Shown: piece after piece, positions 19,451 through 29,978 of the stretch
Numbering within the stretch: the first letter of the stretch is position 1
Layout: every line of letters starts with the position of its first letter
Source of the DNA: an uncultured cyanobacterium
GTDB taxonomy: Bacteria > Cyanobacteriota > Cyanobacteriia > Cyanobacteriales > Microcystaceae
NCBI GenBank assembly: GCA_963807635.1
Contig: CAWEDJ010000049.1
Span: 1-35,454, forward strand
Direction: 5' to 3'
DNA length: 35,454 nucleotides
Position numbers and translations under genes: made by a program
Notes under the pieces: model-generated
Told to the model about the DNA's origin: nothing
The model's database searches: none
What the model saw: the letters and a program-made list of their open reading frames with translations, nothing else

Positions 19451-21099
19451 ATGTTTTCTTTAACACAAACAACAGGGCGACAACGGGAAATTATTGAAGT
19501 TGTTTTTGGTAACGGCTGGGACTATATGCGGGGTTTATTGACGGGGGAAAAATTGATGAACCCCAAATTCCGACTCCCGAAGTTCTGCGAAAAATTTTGG
19601 TTGAACTTGGCCCGTTTTATGTCAAATTAGGACAACTTCTCAGCACTCGTCCCGATTTATTGCCGCCTCGTTATATTCAAGCATTAACGGCTCTACAAAC
19701 CAATGTTCCCCCCGTTGCTTGGCAAGAAATTGAAACCTTACTCCAGGGGCAATTACAGCAACCTCTGAATACGATTTTTCAAACGATCAATCCTACAGCG
19801 ATCGCGGCGGGTTCTATTGGTCAAGTCCATCGTGGAACCTTAATTGATGGTCAAGAAGTCGCGATTAAAGTACAACGGCCTGGCATTGATAGCATTGTTG
19901 CTCAGGATATTACCCTGATTAGTGCGATCGCGGAACTAGTCGCCCTGACCGAATTTGGAAAAACCTATGATCTAGTGAAATTAACGGAAGAATTTACCCA
20001 AGCCGTCAAAGCCGAATTAAACTTTACCAAAGAAGGACAATATACCGATCAATTGCGACTCAATCTATCAAAAAGCCAATGGTTTGATCCCTCAGAAATT
20101 ATCATTCCTAAAGTCTTTTGGGAGATCACAACCGAAAAAATTTTGGTTTTAGAATGGCTAGAAGGCGGCCCGTTACTGGATGCGGATTTATCGATTCCCC
20201 CCAGTGAAAAACCTTTATCAGAAAGAAAAAAAGCGATTACTAGCCTATTATTTCGAGCATTTTTTCAACAACTTTATCGAGATGGTTTCTTCCATGCCGA
20301 TCCCCATCCAGGCAATCTTTTCTATTTACCTGATGGACGCATTGCCATTATTGATTGCGGCATGATTGGACGACTAGATCCGCGTACTCGACAAATCTTA
20401 ACCGAAATGTTATTAGCTATTTTTGACCTCGATGCCCAACGTTGTAGCCAGCTAACCTTAGAATTATCAGAATCGACAAATATTCCTGATTTAGAAAATT
20501 TAAAACTCGACTATGAACGGATGTTACGCAAATATTATGACCTCAGTTTATCCCAATTTAATTTTAGTGAAGTAGTCTATGAAATCCTACAAATTGCTCG
20601 CCAAAATAAGATAAAAGTCCCTGGCAGTTTAGGTTTATATGCTAAATGTTTGGCTAACCTAGAAGGAACGGGCAGACAATTTAATCCTAACCTGAATCTT
20701 TTTGATGAAATTAAACCCTTAATGACGGATTTATTTCGTCTCCAATTAATTGGCAATACTCCCTTAGAAACTTCTCTCAGAACCGTTTTAGATTTAAAAA
20801 CAACATTTTTAAAAACACCACGACAAATGGATGTTTTATTAAATCGTTTAACATCAGAAACCTTGCAATGGAACCTCAGACTCAAGGATTTAGATCCTGT
20901 CCGCCGCAGTATTGATGAATCTGCTAACCGTTTATCTTTTAGCATCGTAGTCGGTTCTTTAATTATGGGAGCGGCTATTATTTCCACAGGCGCAAATACC
21001 CAAGAATTAATTATTGTTGCCGATATTTTATTTGCCGCCGCAACCTTATTAGGCTTGTGGTTAATTATCAGTATTTTGCGCTCAGGACGATTAAAATAA
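19451..21099 (+). CDS. AarF/ABC1/UbiB family atypical kinase (one frameshift at the G5 run 19543-19547)
   Basis: ELGPFYVKLGQLLSTRPDL, AAGSIGQVH, VAIKVQRP, FFHADPHPGN, DCGMIG, two C-terminal TMs. ATG at 19451 (MFSLTQTTGRQREIIEVV) joins with one added G. Confidence 0.92.
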
Positions 21100-21109
21100 A
21101 AAATCAATC

Positions 21110-22060
21110 TTAACGAGGAACATTGACTTGTTTTAATAAATTGTTGATCACACTATCTATTATCACTCCATCTAATTGGGCTTCGGGTTTGAGAATTAAA
21201 CGATGGCGTAAAAGAGCAGGAGCCACACTTTTTAAATCATCAGGAATGAGGTAATCCCGACCTGTTAACCAAGCACGGGCTTGACTTGCCTGTAACCAAA
21301 GGACGGCGGCACGGGGAGAAGCTCCTAATAATATATCAGGATGGTTACGAGTTTTTTCAATTAATCCTAGTAAATAATCAATTAACTTTTCGTCTACAGT
21401 GATATTTTTAACAGCTTGGCGAGCGGCTAAAATTTCTTCGACGGTTGTTACCGATTCAATTTTTTCTAAATCTAATCGTTTAGCCTGAAAGCCTTGTTGA
21501 TAATTGAGTAACATTTGTTTCGCCGCGTCAGTATCGGGATAATCTACCACTAATTTGAATAAAAAACGGTCTAATTGCGCTTCAGGGAGAGGATAGGTTC
21601 CTTCAAATTCTAGGGGGTTTTGAGTCGCGGCAACCCAAAATAAATCGGGTAAAGCTAGGGTTTCCCCATCTAGGGTAACTTGCTGTTCTTCCATTGCTTC
21701 AAGTAACGCCGCTTGGGTTTTAGGAGGAGTACGATTAATTTCGTCGGTGAGGAGAATTTCCGTAAAAATAGGGCCTTTTTTGAGGGTAAAGTTACGATTA
21801 TTGAGATCAAAAATATTTGTTCCTAAAATATCCGAGGGTAAAATATCTGGAGTTAATTGAATGCGCCTAAAATCGGCTTGAATGAGTCGGGCTAGAATTT
21901 TAATTAAAACGGTTTTTCCTGTTCCTGGAACACCTTCTAAAATAATATGTCCCCCACTCAAGAGGGCAACGATTAATTGCTGAATTAAGGTTTTTTGTCC
22001 TAAAACATAGGAATTTAAGGCTTCACTCAGGCGTTTAAAAATAAGATTGTCCGCAGTCAT
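21110..22060 (-). CDS. MoxR family AAA+ ATPase
   Basis: EGVPGTGKT, RIQLTPDILPSDILG, DEINRTPPKTQAALLEAMEE, ATQNPLEFEGTYPLPEAQLDRF. Confidence 0.95.
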   Translation of the reverse strand: MTADNLIFKRLSEALNSYVLGQKTLIQQLIVALLSGGHIILEGVPGTGKTVLIKILARLIQADFRRIQLTPDILPSDILGTNIFDLNNRNFTLKKGPIFTEILLTDEINRTPPKTQAALLEAMEEQQVTLDGETLALPDLFWVAATQNPLEFEGTYPLPEAQLDRFLFKLVVDYPDTDAAKQMLLNYQQGFQAKRLDLEKIESVTTVEEILAARQAVKNITVDEKLIDYLLGLIEKTRNHPDILLGASPRAAVLWLQASQARAWLTGRDYLIPDDLKSVAPALLRHRLILKPEAQLDGVIIDSVINNLLKQVNVPR

Positions 22061-22066
22061 AAGGGG

Positions 22067-23167
22067 TTAGGGTTGGGATTGCTTTTTAATAGTGTGCCAC
22101 TTTTCTAGCCAAATTCGTAAAGCTTCGTTATTTTTGGGCATATTTTTCTCCTCTAATAGCGATCGCAATTTACTACTGGAATCTGAGTGTTGCTGTTCCC
22201 AAGCGGCGACCAAAGCGTTGCTGGGCAAGGGATTAGTCCCCAAACCTAACGCAGATTGAAGAGATTGTTGTTCCGCTTCCTGTAACCGAGAAACCACAAA
22301 ATCAGCACTTTCGGCTTTTTCTAAAACCCCTGCGAGGGCTTGGATATAGGCTTCACTATTATTGCGAGTTGGGGGAATTACTGCGATCGCCTGACCAAAC
22401 CGCCGATTGCCAGACCAGAGGAGAAATAATATCAGAATAACGAGTTGAATCAGGACGAATAACAGGGGAGTCTTGAGGAAAAATAACCAAACATTTTGAC
22501 CAATTTCTGAGCGAATCACGTCACTATCTTTGTAACCGTGTAGATATTCATCGACCCAGAGAGTGTATCCTTCTTTAGTCGCTAAATCCGCTAAAAATTG
22601 ATAATTACTCTGAAAATCTTGATAGGCATTGGCGGCTAAATTCGGCGTTGTCGCTAGGATAATTTCGCCTTGACCGACTTGTTCTCGCCATACAATTGCC
22701 CCAAAGCGATCGCCTAAAAGTTGCTCTTTTGCATTTTTAGACCGCCGACTGGTATCAATGGCAATATTCCCAAAAGAACTCGGTTGCATCGTGGTAAAAG
22801 GGGCTTCGGTGACGGGTTTTAAAACCCCTAAAATAATTAAGCGATTGCCTTTTTCTAACCATTGAGGTGATATTGTCAGTTGATTAACACCTTCAGACTG
22901 TAGGGAATTTTGAATTTGTAAGAGTGTAATTTTTTCCGACTTTTCTGATAGCTTAGATAAGGGTTTTTGCCATCGTTGAATCGGAGTTCCTTTTTCTTCC
23001 ATAAAAGCTGCCCAAGCTCCATAACCACTGGGATCACGGCCATAGGTCGAACCCTGTTGCAAAAGTTGACGATTGGGGGCAAAAATCGCGGTTAATAAAA
23101 TCAGAAATCCAACGGCGATCGCGATTATTAAAATTAATTTTTTACGGGGTAAATTTAGAGAATTCAT
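22067..23167 (-). CDS. DUF4350 domain membrane protein (MoxR-associated)
   Basis: N-terminal TM, GSTYGRDPSGYGAW, VDEYLHGY, second TM then RRFG; directly upstream of moxR. Confidence 0.8.
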   Translation of the reverse strand: MNSLNLPRKKLILIIAIAVGFLILLTAIFAPNRQLLQQGSTYGRDPSGYGAWAAFMEEKGTPIQRWQKPLSKLSEKSEKITLLQIQNSLQSEGVNQLTISPQWLEKGNRLIILGVLKPVTEAPFTTMQPSSFGNIAIDTSRRSKNAKEQLLGDRFGAIVWREQVGQGEIILATTPNLAANAYQDFQSNYQFLADLATKEGYTLWVDEYLHGYKDSDVIRSEIGQNVWLFFLKTPLLFVLIQLVILILFLLWSGNRRFGQAIAVIPPTRNNSEAYIQALAGVLEKAESADFVVSRLQEAEQQSLQSALGLGTNPLPSNALVAAWEQQHSDSSSKLRSLLEEKNMPKNNEALRIWLEKWHTIKKQSQP

Positions 23168-23179
23168 CTTAGAAAATTC

Positions 23180-24139
23180 CTACTCTTGTTTATGTTGAAA
23201 CCCATATAAATCTCTAATTAAATACAAAGGACGAGCCTTAACTTCCTCATAAACTCGTCCTAAATATTCTCCCATCACCCCCAAGCTAATGAGTTGAATT
23301 CCCCCTAAAAATAGGATTGCTACCATTAACGAAGCATAACCAGGTACATCAATTCCGAATATCAAAGTTCGAATGACCAAGAAGCTGGCATAAACTAAAG
23401 AAACAAGAGAAATGACTAATCCTAAATAACTCCAAATCTTTAGGGGAATGAGAGTAAAGGAAAGAATCCCATCTAGGGCAAAATTCCACAGTTTCCAATA
23501 ATTCCATTTCGTTTTTCCCTGATAACGGGGTTCACGGTCAAAGAGAATGGAGGTTTGTTTAAAGCCAACCCAGGAAAATAAACCCTTCATAAAACGGGTT
23601 CTTTCGGGCATTTGTTTAATCGCTTCGACTACTTGCCGATCCATTAGGCGAAAATCCCCTGTATTGGCAGGAATCTCGATCTGAGTCATTTTACCAATGG
23701 TTTGATAAAAAGTCTCCGCACTAAATTTTTTAAACCAACTTTCTCCCGATCGCGATCGGCGGGTGGCATAGACCACATCAAATCCTTCCCGCCATTTTGT
23801 CACTAAGTCACCGATTAATTCGGGAGGATCTTGTAGGTCAGCATCAATGGGAATAACGGCTTTTCCTTGGGAATAATCGAGTCCTGCGGTGAGGGCGATT
23901 TCTTTACCAAAGTTGCGAGAAAAATTAATAATTTTAATCGCTGAATTTTGTTTGTTATATTGAATCAGATTAAATAGAGTATTGTCTTTACTACCATCAT
24001 TAATACAAATTATTTCGTAGGTCATTTTTAATTGATCTAAAACTAAAGTAATTCGCTCGAATAGGTAATCAAGATTTTTTTCTTCGTTATAAAAGGGAAT
24101 GATAATAGATAGGTCTATAAATTCAGTTGATACTGTCAT
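23180..24139 (-). CDS. GtrB/DPM1-like GT2 polyprenyl-phosphate glycosyltransferase
   Basis: IIIPFYNEE, INDGSKD, FSRNFGKEIAL, IDADLQDPPE, GDFRLMDR, two C-terminal TMs, GEYLGRVYEEVKARP. Confidence 0.92.
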   Translation of the reverse strand: MTVSTEFIDLSIIIPFYNEEKNLDYLFERITLVLDQLKMTYEIICINDGSKDNTLFNLIQYNKQNSAIKIINFSRNFGKEIALTAGLDYSQGKAVIPIDADLQDPPELIGDLVTKWREGFDVVYATRRSRSGESWFKKFSAETFYQTIGKMTQIEIPANTGDFRLMDRQVVEAIKQMPERTRFMKGLFSWVGFKQTSILFDREPRYQGKTKWNYWKLWNFALDGILSFTLIPLKIWSYLGLVISLVSLVYASFLVIRTLIFGIDVPGYASLMVAILFLGGIQLISLGVMGEYLGRVYEEVKARPLYLIRDLYGFQHKQE

Positions 24140-24199
24140 TATGATGTTGAATTTTTTATAATTAAAAGTTATAAGATCTACCCATCTTACGGACACTCC

Positions 24200-24402
24200 C
24201 TACCGTTTACACAAATTTCTTTGTATCTCTAGAAGTTTGATCCCCCTGCCTACGGCATCCCCCTTAAAAAGGTGGACTGGGTTACTGATAGGAATATAGC
24301 CCCTCTTGTCAAGGGGGGTTGGGGGGATCAAAGCTCAAAAACTTAGATAGAAAGACTTGTATATACACAGTCGTTTATCAAGGAGGGGGACAGGGGAGAT
24401 CG
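24200..24402. repeat. Composite cyanobacterial REP/MITE-like palindromic repeat
   Basis: Outer imperfect IR CTACCGTTTACACAAATTTCTTTGTATC / GATAGAAAGACTTGTATATACACAGTCG encloses TTTGATCCCCC...CCCCCTTAAAAAGG and AAGGGGGGTTGGGGGGATCAAA. A further AAGGAGGGGGACAGGGGAGATC half-unit follows. Confidence 0.7.
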
Positions 24403-24512
24403 AGTGCGAAAATTATTGTCAGTTTAATTTTAACTAGCAATTTAGTAAAAGAAATGGAGTTCAAGAAATAACACAAAGACATAATATATTCTGTCCCTAC
24501 GGTGTTTTTTTA

Positions 24513-26856
24513 TCAATTTAAGGATTGGCTCCGAGGGAAAAACCACGACGGGCGGTATGGGGTTTTGCACGCTTGGACTTCAAAATTAACGTGATCTGAG
24601 TTTGCCCCATTTTTAACCGTTAATGTCCATTGTCCAGGCTTTAGGGGCCAAAAGACCGAATCTTTATTTCCCTCTGCTATTTGTTTTCCATTTAACAACC
24701 ATTGCACCATCTCTTGATTGGGTCTAGCAATTTTTAATTCTAAACGAGGAGCCGAATTTCCCTGGGGAGATAAAAAGCGATCGCCGTCCTGGGGGAATAA
24801 AATTTTAAGCTGATGGGATTTTAGCTGAGTTTGGGGTTGTTTGGCTAACCATTCATTATATTCTGGCGGTAAATTGAGTTGATAGGGCTTATTATTGCTC
24901 GTAACAGCTTGATAAAAAGTATCGGGATGATTTTCGTAATCGGCTAAATCTTCTGGCCAAAAATATTCCTGGGTGACAGAAGGACAGGCGAGGGTCGGTT
25001 TTAATCCTGAAAGGGCGCAAATCGGACGTTTGACTAATTTTTCAGGCGGGGTAAAGGGTTGGGAAAAATTTTGTTCGTGTAAGCGCAAAAAAATCCGATT
25101 CCATAACGGGGCGGCTCCTGTCACCCCAGAAACCTGACGCATGGGTTCCCCGTCAAAATTTCCGATCCAGGTGGCGACCGTATAATCTCTGCTAAATCCG
25201 ACTGTCCAGGTATCCCGAAAATTAGAGGAAGTGCCTGTTTTAACGGCAGTTTCAAAGGGCAAATTTAAAATCGAATCGACTCCAAAGGCTTTGGCTCTTG
25301 CATAGCGATCGCTTAGCATATTCGTGATTAATTGCCAGCTAGGAGCATTTTGTAAAGAAACGGAAGCTTTTGGAAGAGAATCAGCCGTTTGAGAAACTTG
25401 AGTGACTAAGGGCGTGATTTTTCCTGCTTGCGCCATAATGCGATAGGCTCTCGCCAGTTCCCAGAGACTCACTTCCCCACTGCCCAGGGTTAAACCTAAA
25501 CCGTAATATTCGGGCGGCTGGGTTAAATGTTCAAATCCCAATTCTCGTAAACGGTTTAAAAAGCTTGCTACTCCAACTTTTTCTAGCACTTTGACGGCGG
25601 GAATATTGAGGGAATTCGCTAAGGCAATCCGAACTCTGGCAGGGCCATAGAAGGTCTCCGTATAATCCCTGGGACTGTAGAGTTTCGCCCCTGGAATGGC
25701 GTAATGGGCAGGAACGTCTGCCAAGACCGTATTGGGACGAATAACCTTGTTTTCTAATGCTAATTGATACAAAAAGGGTTTGAGAGTCGATCCAGGTTGC
25801 CTCAGAGCTTGTACGCCATCATTTCGACCCAAGGCCCGATCGCTGAAATAATCCGTCGAACCGACATAGGCCGAACACCTCCCCCGTAGAATTATCGAGA
25901 ACCAATGCCGCCGCCTGATGGACATTATGGGAATTTAGGGAATGAACCACTCCTCGGACTTGGCTTTCCACAAATTGTTGTAGGGATTTATCAATCGTCG
26001 TGGGAATTTGGGGAGAATGATCGGCGGGGAGTTGTTTCGCTAACCAAAACAAAAAATGGGGCGCGGCTAAAATTCCCTGTTGTCGGGGTTGCAAATTGAC
26101 GGTTTCCTGTTGAATTCGTTTTGCTTGATGAGCGGTCAGATAACCCTCAGCCACCATGCGATTTAACACATATTTTTGGCGTTTTTTGAGGGATTTCCAA
26201 GCCGTATAGGGATTCAAATAGGTGGGATTATTCGGAATCGCGGCAAGTAAGCTAGATTGAGCAATATTTAACTCCGTTGCGGGAATGCCAAAATAAACCC
26301 GTGCCGCCGCTTCGACTCCATAAAGATTGCCCCCCATCGGTAAACGGTTAACATAGGCTTCTAAAATTTCATCCCGATTCATGCCTGCAACTAATCGCCA
26401 GGAAAGCCAAATTTCTCCTAATTTCGCCGACAAAGTGCGGGGAGAATTATCTAACATCCGCGCTAGTTGCATGGTAATCGTGGAAGCCCCACTCATTACT
26501 TTCTGGGTCTGGACAACCTGTAGAAGAGAACGGGCGATCGCCTTTAAATTCAGCGCACCATGTTGGTAAAATCCGCCATCTTCCGCCGCCAGGATAGCCT
26601 GAACAAATACGGGAGAAACGTCTTTCAGGGGAACCACTGCGGTATGGTCTTGATCTCGACTGAGAATCGTTCCCAGGGGTAATCCATTGCGATCGCTAAA
26701 TTCTACGGCTCGATCATTTTGTGGGATGTCTTGACGATGGATCGGAGCGAGATAGGGCAAGGCGCGACCGATTAATAGAAGAGATAATAAAATCAGTAGC
26801 GATCGCTGAGTCCAAGGCCGTTGTTGCCAAAGATGTTGGTAAAGAAAGTTAAGCAT
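24513..26856 (-). CDS. pbpC: Penicillin-binding protein 1C (frameshift near 25875)
   Basis: Transglycosylase motifs AAED..FYQH and GASTITMQLAR; transpeptidase motifs RQPGSTLKP, SLN, KTGTS. The two ORFs join as DNSTGEV-AYVGSTDYF. Confidence 0.9.
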
Positions 26857-26901
26857 TTTTTCATAAACACCTTTTAAAATGATAAATATTAACAAATAAA
26901 A

Positions 26902-28827
26902 CTAAGGTAATGTATCAGGTAATAATGGCGATTTTTCAAATAATGGTGACTTCTCAAAATTACTATTACTATTAATATAAAAATTTCGTTTTTTGGGATC
27001 TTCTCTTATAATATAATGAGATTTTTCTAGACTCAAAAATATTTTCCTAATTTTACTCTTAAAATACTCATATTTTTTAATATCAACTACTTCTTTTGAA
27101 GTGCGAAAATAAAGTATGTTTGATACTAAGTTGGCACTAGCAAATTCCTGCAAACTATATTTGTTAAGATGATAAATAGTGTTTAAAACATTCTTATAAT
27201 CATTGTTTAAATAATTATAATCTTTGCCAAAAATAGTCCTCAATTCTAATGTAAAATCGTCTTTTATCAATTCTCTATCAACTAAATAGACGGAATAAGG
27301 ATAAGGACTATCAGGATGTTTAAAAATCAATCCTTTCCCTTCTAAAGTTGCAATAATTTCAAAATGATTATTATCATGAGTTAATAAAATTGTATAACGT
27401 TCCAAGTAATTAAGCTTTTCAGTTTTAAAAAAATAGGATAATACAATTTTTTCTTCTATGCTAAGTTCTTTTCCATTACATTTCTTTTTTAAATAACCCG
27501 AAAAACTATCCAGCCAAGATTCTGACGATTCATCATAAACTTTTCCCTTGGGGATAACTAAATTAATATCTTCTCTTCTTAAAACATAATAAGGAATATC
27601 AATTTCATTATTTAAACAAGCATTCGTTAGGGAAGCCATGCCAATTCCTCGGCCTTCCCATTTATCATAGACTTTAAGAATTTCTGCGAGTTTAGGATTA
27701 CTGGCTTTAGGATCGGGAATAATTTGTCTAATTTTGATCTGATCTTGATCAACCGTAATGAGTTGTTGGGAACGAAAATTACCTGGATTCCGAATTTCTA
27801 AACTTTGGTTAGGGCGAATATTAATAATAACAAATTGATCACTACGATAATCTCGATGAGCGAGAGCATTATTAATTGTTTCCCGAATTAATTTTAAAGG
27901 ATATTCGGGTAACTTACTGCCACCTTTGGCATAGCTGATTCCTATTTGAATATTTTGCAGACAAAAATCATAGCTATCATCCATTAATTTCAAAATATTA
28001 TTTTTAAATATCTTTTTATTGCTTGCTAATTCTGTAAACGAATCAACTTCTACATAGGCATCTACTTGGCAACGTCCACCAACAAAATCATCAATATATT
28101 TACCACAAACTAACATTCCTAAAAGCGTTGGTTTTTGCTCCTTATTAATAAAGGATTTACGACTTAAAAAGGGAATAGCCGCTTCTAGATCAGACTTAAG
28201 CGTTTCAATGCGAGTAGATTGATTAAGGGATTGAATATATTCATTAAGTTTATCCAAATCTAAATCCTCAATGGTTGCATTGTCAACGGAATAAAGTTCT
28301 CTCGCACGCTTCCACTCTTCTCGTCGTTCTAATTGAGCATTAATTTCATCTTGGCTAATCTTATAATCACCAGTAATTTTTCGTTCATAAGCTATTTTTT
28401 TCCAACAAACATATTTTTGATCTTCTGGTAAAGCTCGGATGTCAATAATACAAATTCTTTTATCTAAAAAATCACGAATTTCCCAATGAAAAAATTCTCT
28501 TAAGTCTAACAAGTTAGATTCTACATTTTTGTCTTGAGAATCAGAAAATTGTTGAGCTAATCTGATTAAATTATTTTCATTACCATCATCATAACCTGTG
28601 AGTGTATATTTCGGAGGCTGCTTGGATTGGTTTAAATTTTCGTAAATTCCCACAATAATTGTGCCTCCCTGGGTATTTAAAAATGCACAGGCAGATTTAT
28701 ACAATTCATCCCACTTACCCCCACTAGATAGGTCTTTTAATTCAAAAGAATCAGTCTCTACTGGCTCGTAAGTGGCATTTTCGAGGCAGTTTTTGAGTTT
28801 GAGTAAGATATCATCAAGTTTGCTCAT
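26902..28827 (-). CDS. AlbA_2 (Schlafen-like) domain plus RecG-C-like/HATPase_c_4 domain protein
   Basis: ETDSFELK, CAFLNTQGGTIIVGI; YPLKLIRETINNALAHRDY, LEIRNPG, NPKLAEIL, EGRGIGM. Confidence 0.85.
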   Translation of the reverse strand: MSKLDDILLKLKNCLENATYEPVETDSFELKDLSSGGKWDELYKSACAFLNTQGGTIIVGIYENLNQSKQPPKYTLTGYDDGNENNLIRLAQQFSDSQDKNVESNLLDLREFFHWEIRDFLDKRICIIDIRALPEDQKYVCWKKIAYERKITGDYKISQDEINAQLERREEWKRARELYSVDNATIEDLDLDKLNEYIQSLNQSTRIETLKSDLEAAIPFLSRKSFINKEQKPTLLGMLVCGKYIDDFVGGRCQVDAYVEVDSFTELASNKKIFKNNILKLMDDSYDFCLQNIQIGISYAKGGSKLPEYPLKLIRETINNALAHRDYRSDQFVIINIRPNQSLEIRNPGNFRSQQLITVDQDQIKIRQIIPDPKASNPKLAEILKVYDKWEGRGIGMASLTNACLNNEIDIPYYVLRREDINLVIPKGKVYDESSESWLDSFSGYLKKKCNGKELSIEEKIVLSYFFKTEKLNYLERYTILLTHDNNHFEIIATLEGKGLIFKHPDSPYPYSVYLVDRELIKDDFTLELRTIFGKDYNYLNNDYKNVLNTIYHLNKYSLQEFASANLVSNILYFRTSKEVVDIKKYEYFKSKIRKIFLSLEKSHYIIREDPKKRNFYINSNSNFEKSPLFEKSPLLPDTLP

Positions 28828-28954
28828 TAATAAAATGGTAGTGAATATGATCACATCAAGCTATTACATTATAACAAATCTCATGATTTGCCTATTAAAG
28901 TAGTATTTAGGCTTTCTACACGATCGCTTCTATTTTCTCCGTTAAACTCTCCCT

Positions 28955-29917
28955 ATGTCCAGACAGATTACCTATAGTCCAGCTTATACCCTCGTTCCGA
29001 CCTACGAATGCTTTAATCGCTGTGATTATTGTAACTTTCGAGTTGACCCGAAGCAAGACCAATGGATGACTCTCGCAACAGCCAGAGATAAATTGCAATC
29101 TTTACAAAATCAAGGTATTTCAGAGATTCTCATTCTTAGTGGTGAAGTTCATCCGCGATCGCCGCGTAGAAAAGCATGGTTTGACCACATTTATCAACTA
29201 TGTGAACTCAGTTTATCCCTGGGATTTTTACCCCATAGTAATGTCGGCCCCTTGAGTTTTGCCGAAATGGAAAAACTTAAAAAAGTGAATGTTTCAATGG
29301 GATTAATGGTAGAACAAATTACTCCCAAATTATTAGAAACTGTCCATCAAAATGCCCCTAGTAAAATCCCTGAATTGCGCCTACAGCAATTAGCCTGGGC
29401 AGGAGAATTAAAAATCCCCTTCACCACTGGCATTTTATTGGGCATCGGTGAAGCTGAACAGGAGCGTTGGGAGAGTTTAAAGGCGATCGCCGAAATTCAG
29501 CAGAACTACGGTCATATCCAAGAAGTCATTTTACAACCCCATTCTTTAGGAACAAAACAAAGTTTTCAAAGTTCAGAATTTTCGATTAATCAGTTACCCC
29601 AAATTATTTCTAAAGCTAGGGACATTTTACCTTCTTCTATTACGCTACAAATTCCACCCAATTTAATTCCGACTGTCCCATGTTTACTAGACTGTTTAGA
29701 CGCAGGAGCAAGAGATTTAGGCGGCATTGGCCCCGTTGATGAAGTCAATCCTGATTATGTCCACTTCGACCATCAAAAACTCCTCAATATTTTGACAAAA
29801 GGAAATTGGGACCTCGTCCCCCGCTTACCGATTTATCCCCAATATTATCATTGCTTGTCGTCAGCGTTACAGCTAAAAGTCAAGGAATGGCAGAATAAAA
29901 TCCTCCTAAAAGTATAA
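28955..29917 (+). CDS. cofG: 7,8-didemethyl-8-hydroxy-5-deazariboflavin (FO) synthase subunit CofG
   Basis: ITYSPAYTLVPTYECFNRCDYCNF (radical SAM CxxxCxxC), NVSMGLM.E, PFTTGILLGIGE, GHIQEVILQP, QIPPNL, DLGGIGP.DEVNP. Confidence 0.95.
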   Translation: MSRQITYSPAYTLVPTYECFNRCDYCNFRVDPKQDQWMTLATARDKLQSLQNQGISEILILSGEVHPRSPRRKAWFDHIYQLCELSLSLGFLPHSNVGPLSFAEMEKLKKVNVSMGLMVEQITPKLLETVHQNAPSKIPELRLQQLAWAGELKIPFTTGILLGIGEAEQERWESLKAIAEIQQNYGHIQEVILQPHSLGTKQSFQSSEFSINQLPQIISKARDILPSSITLQIPPNLIPTVPCLLDCLDAGARDLGGIGPVDEVNPDYVHFDHQKLLNILTKGNWDLVPRLPIYPQYYHCLSSALQLKVKEWQNKILLKV

Positions 29918-29978
29918 TTTTCAAGGACACATTCAGCTTGAGTGATTTCAGACGGAAATTTAGGGTCTGTTGGGGCTT

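Noticed and set aside
26922..26959. FEKSPL-FEKSPL duplication at the AlbA_2 protein C-terminus
   Set aside because: A small imperfect 18-bp duplication in a probably unstructured tail, with no evident function.
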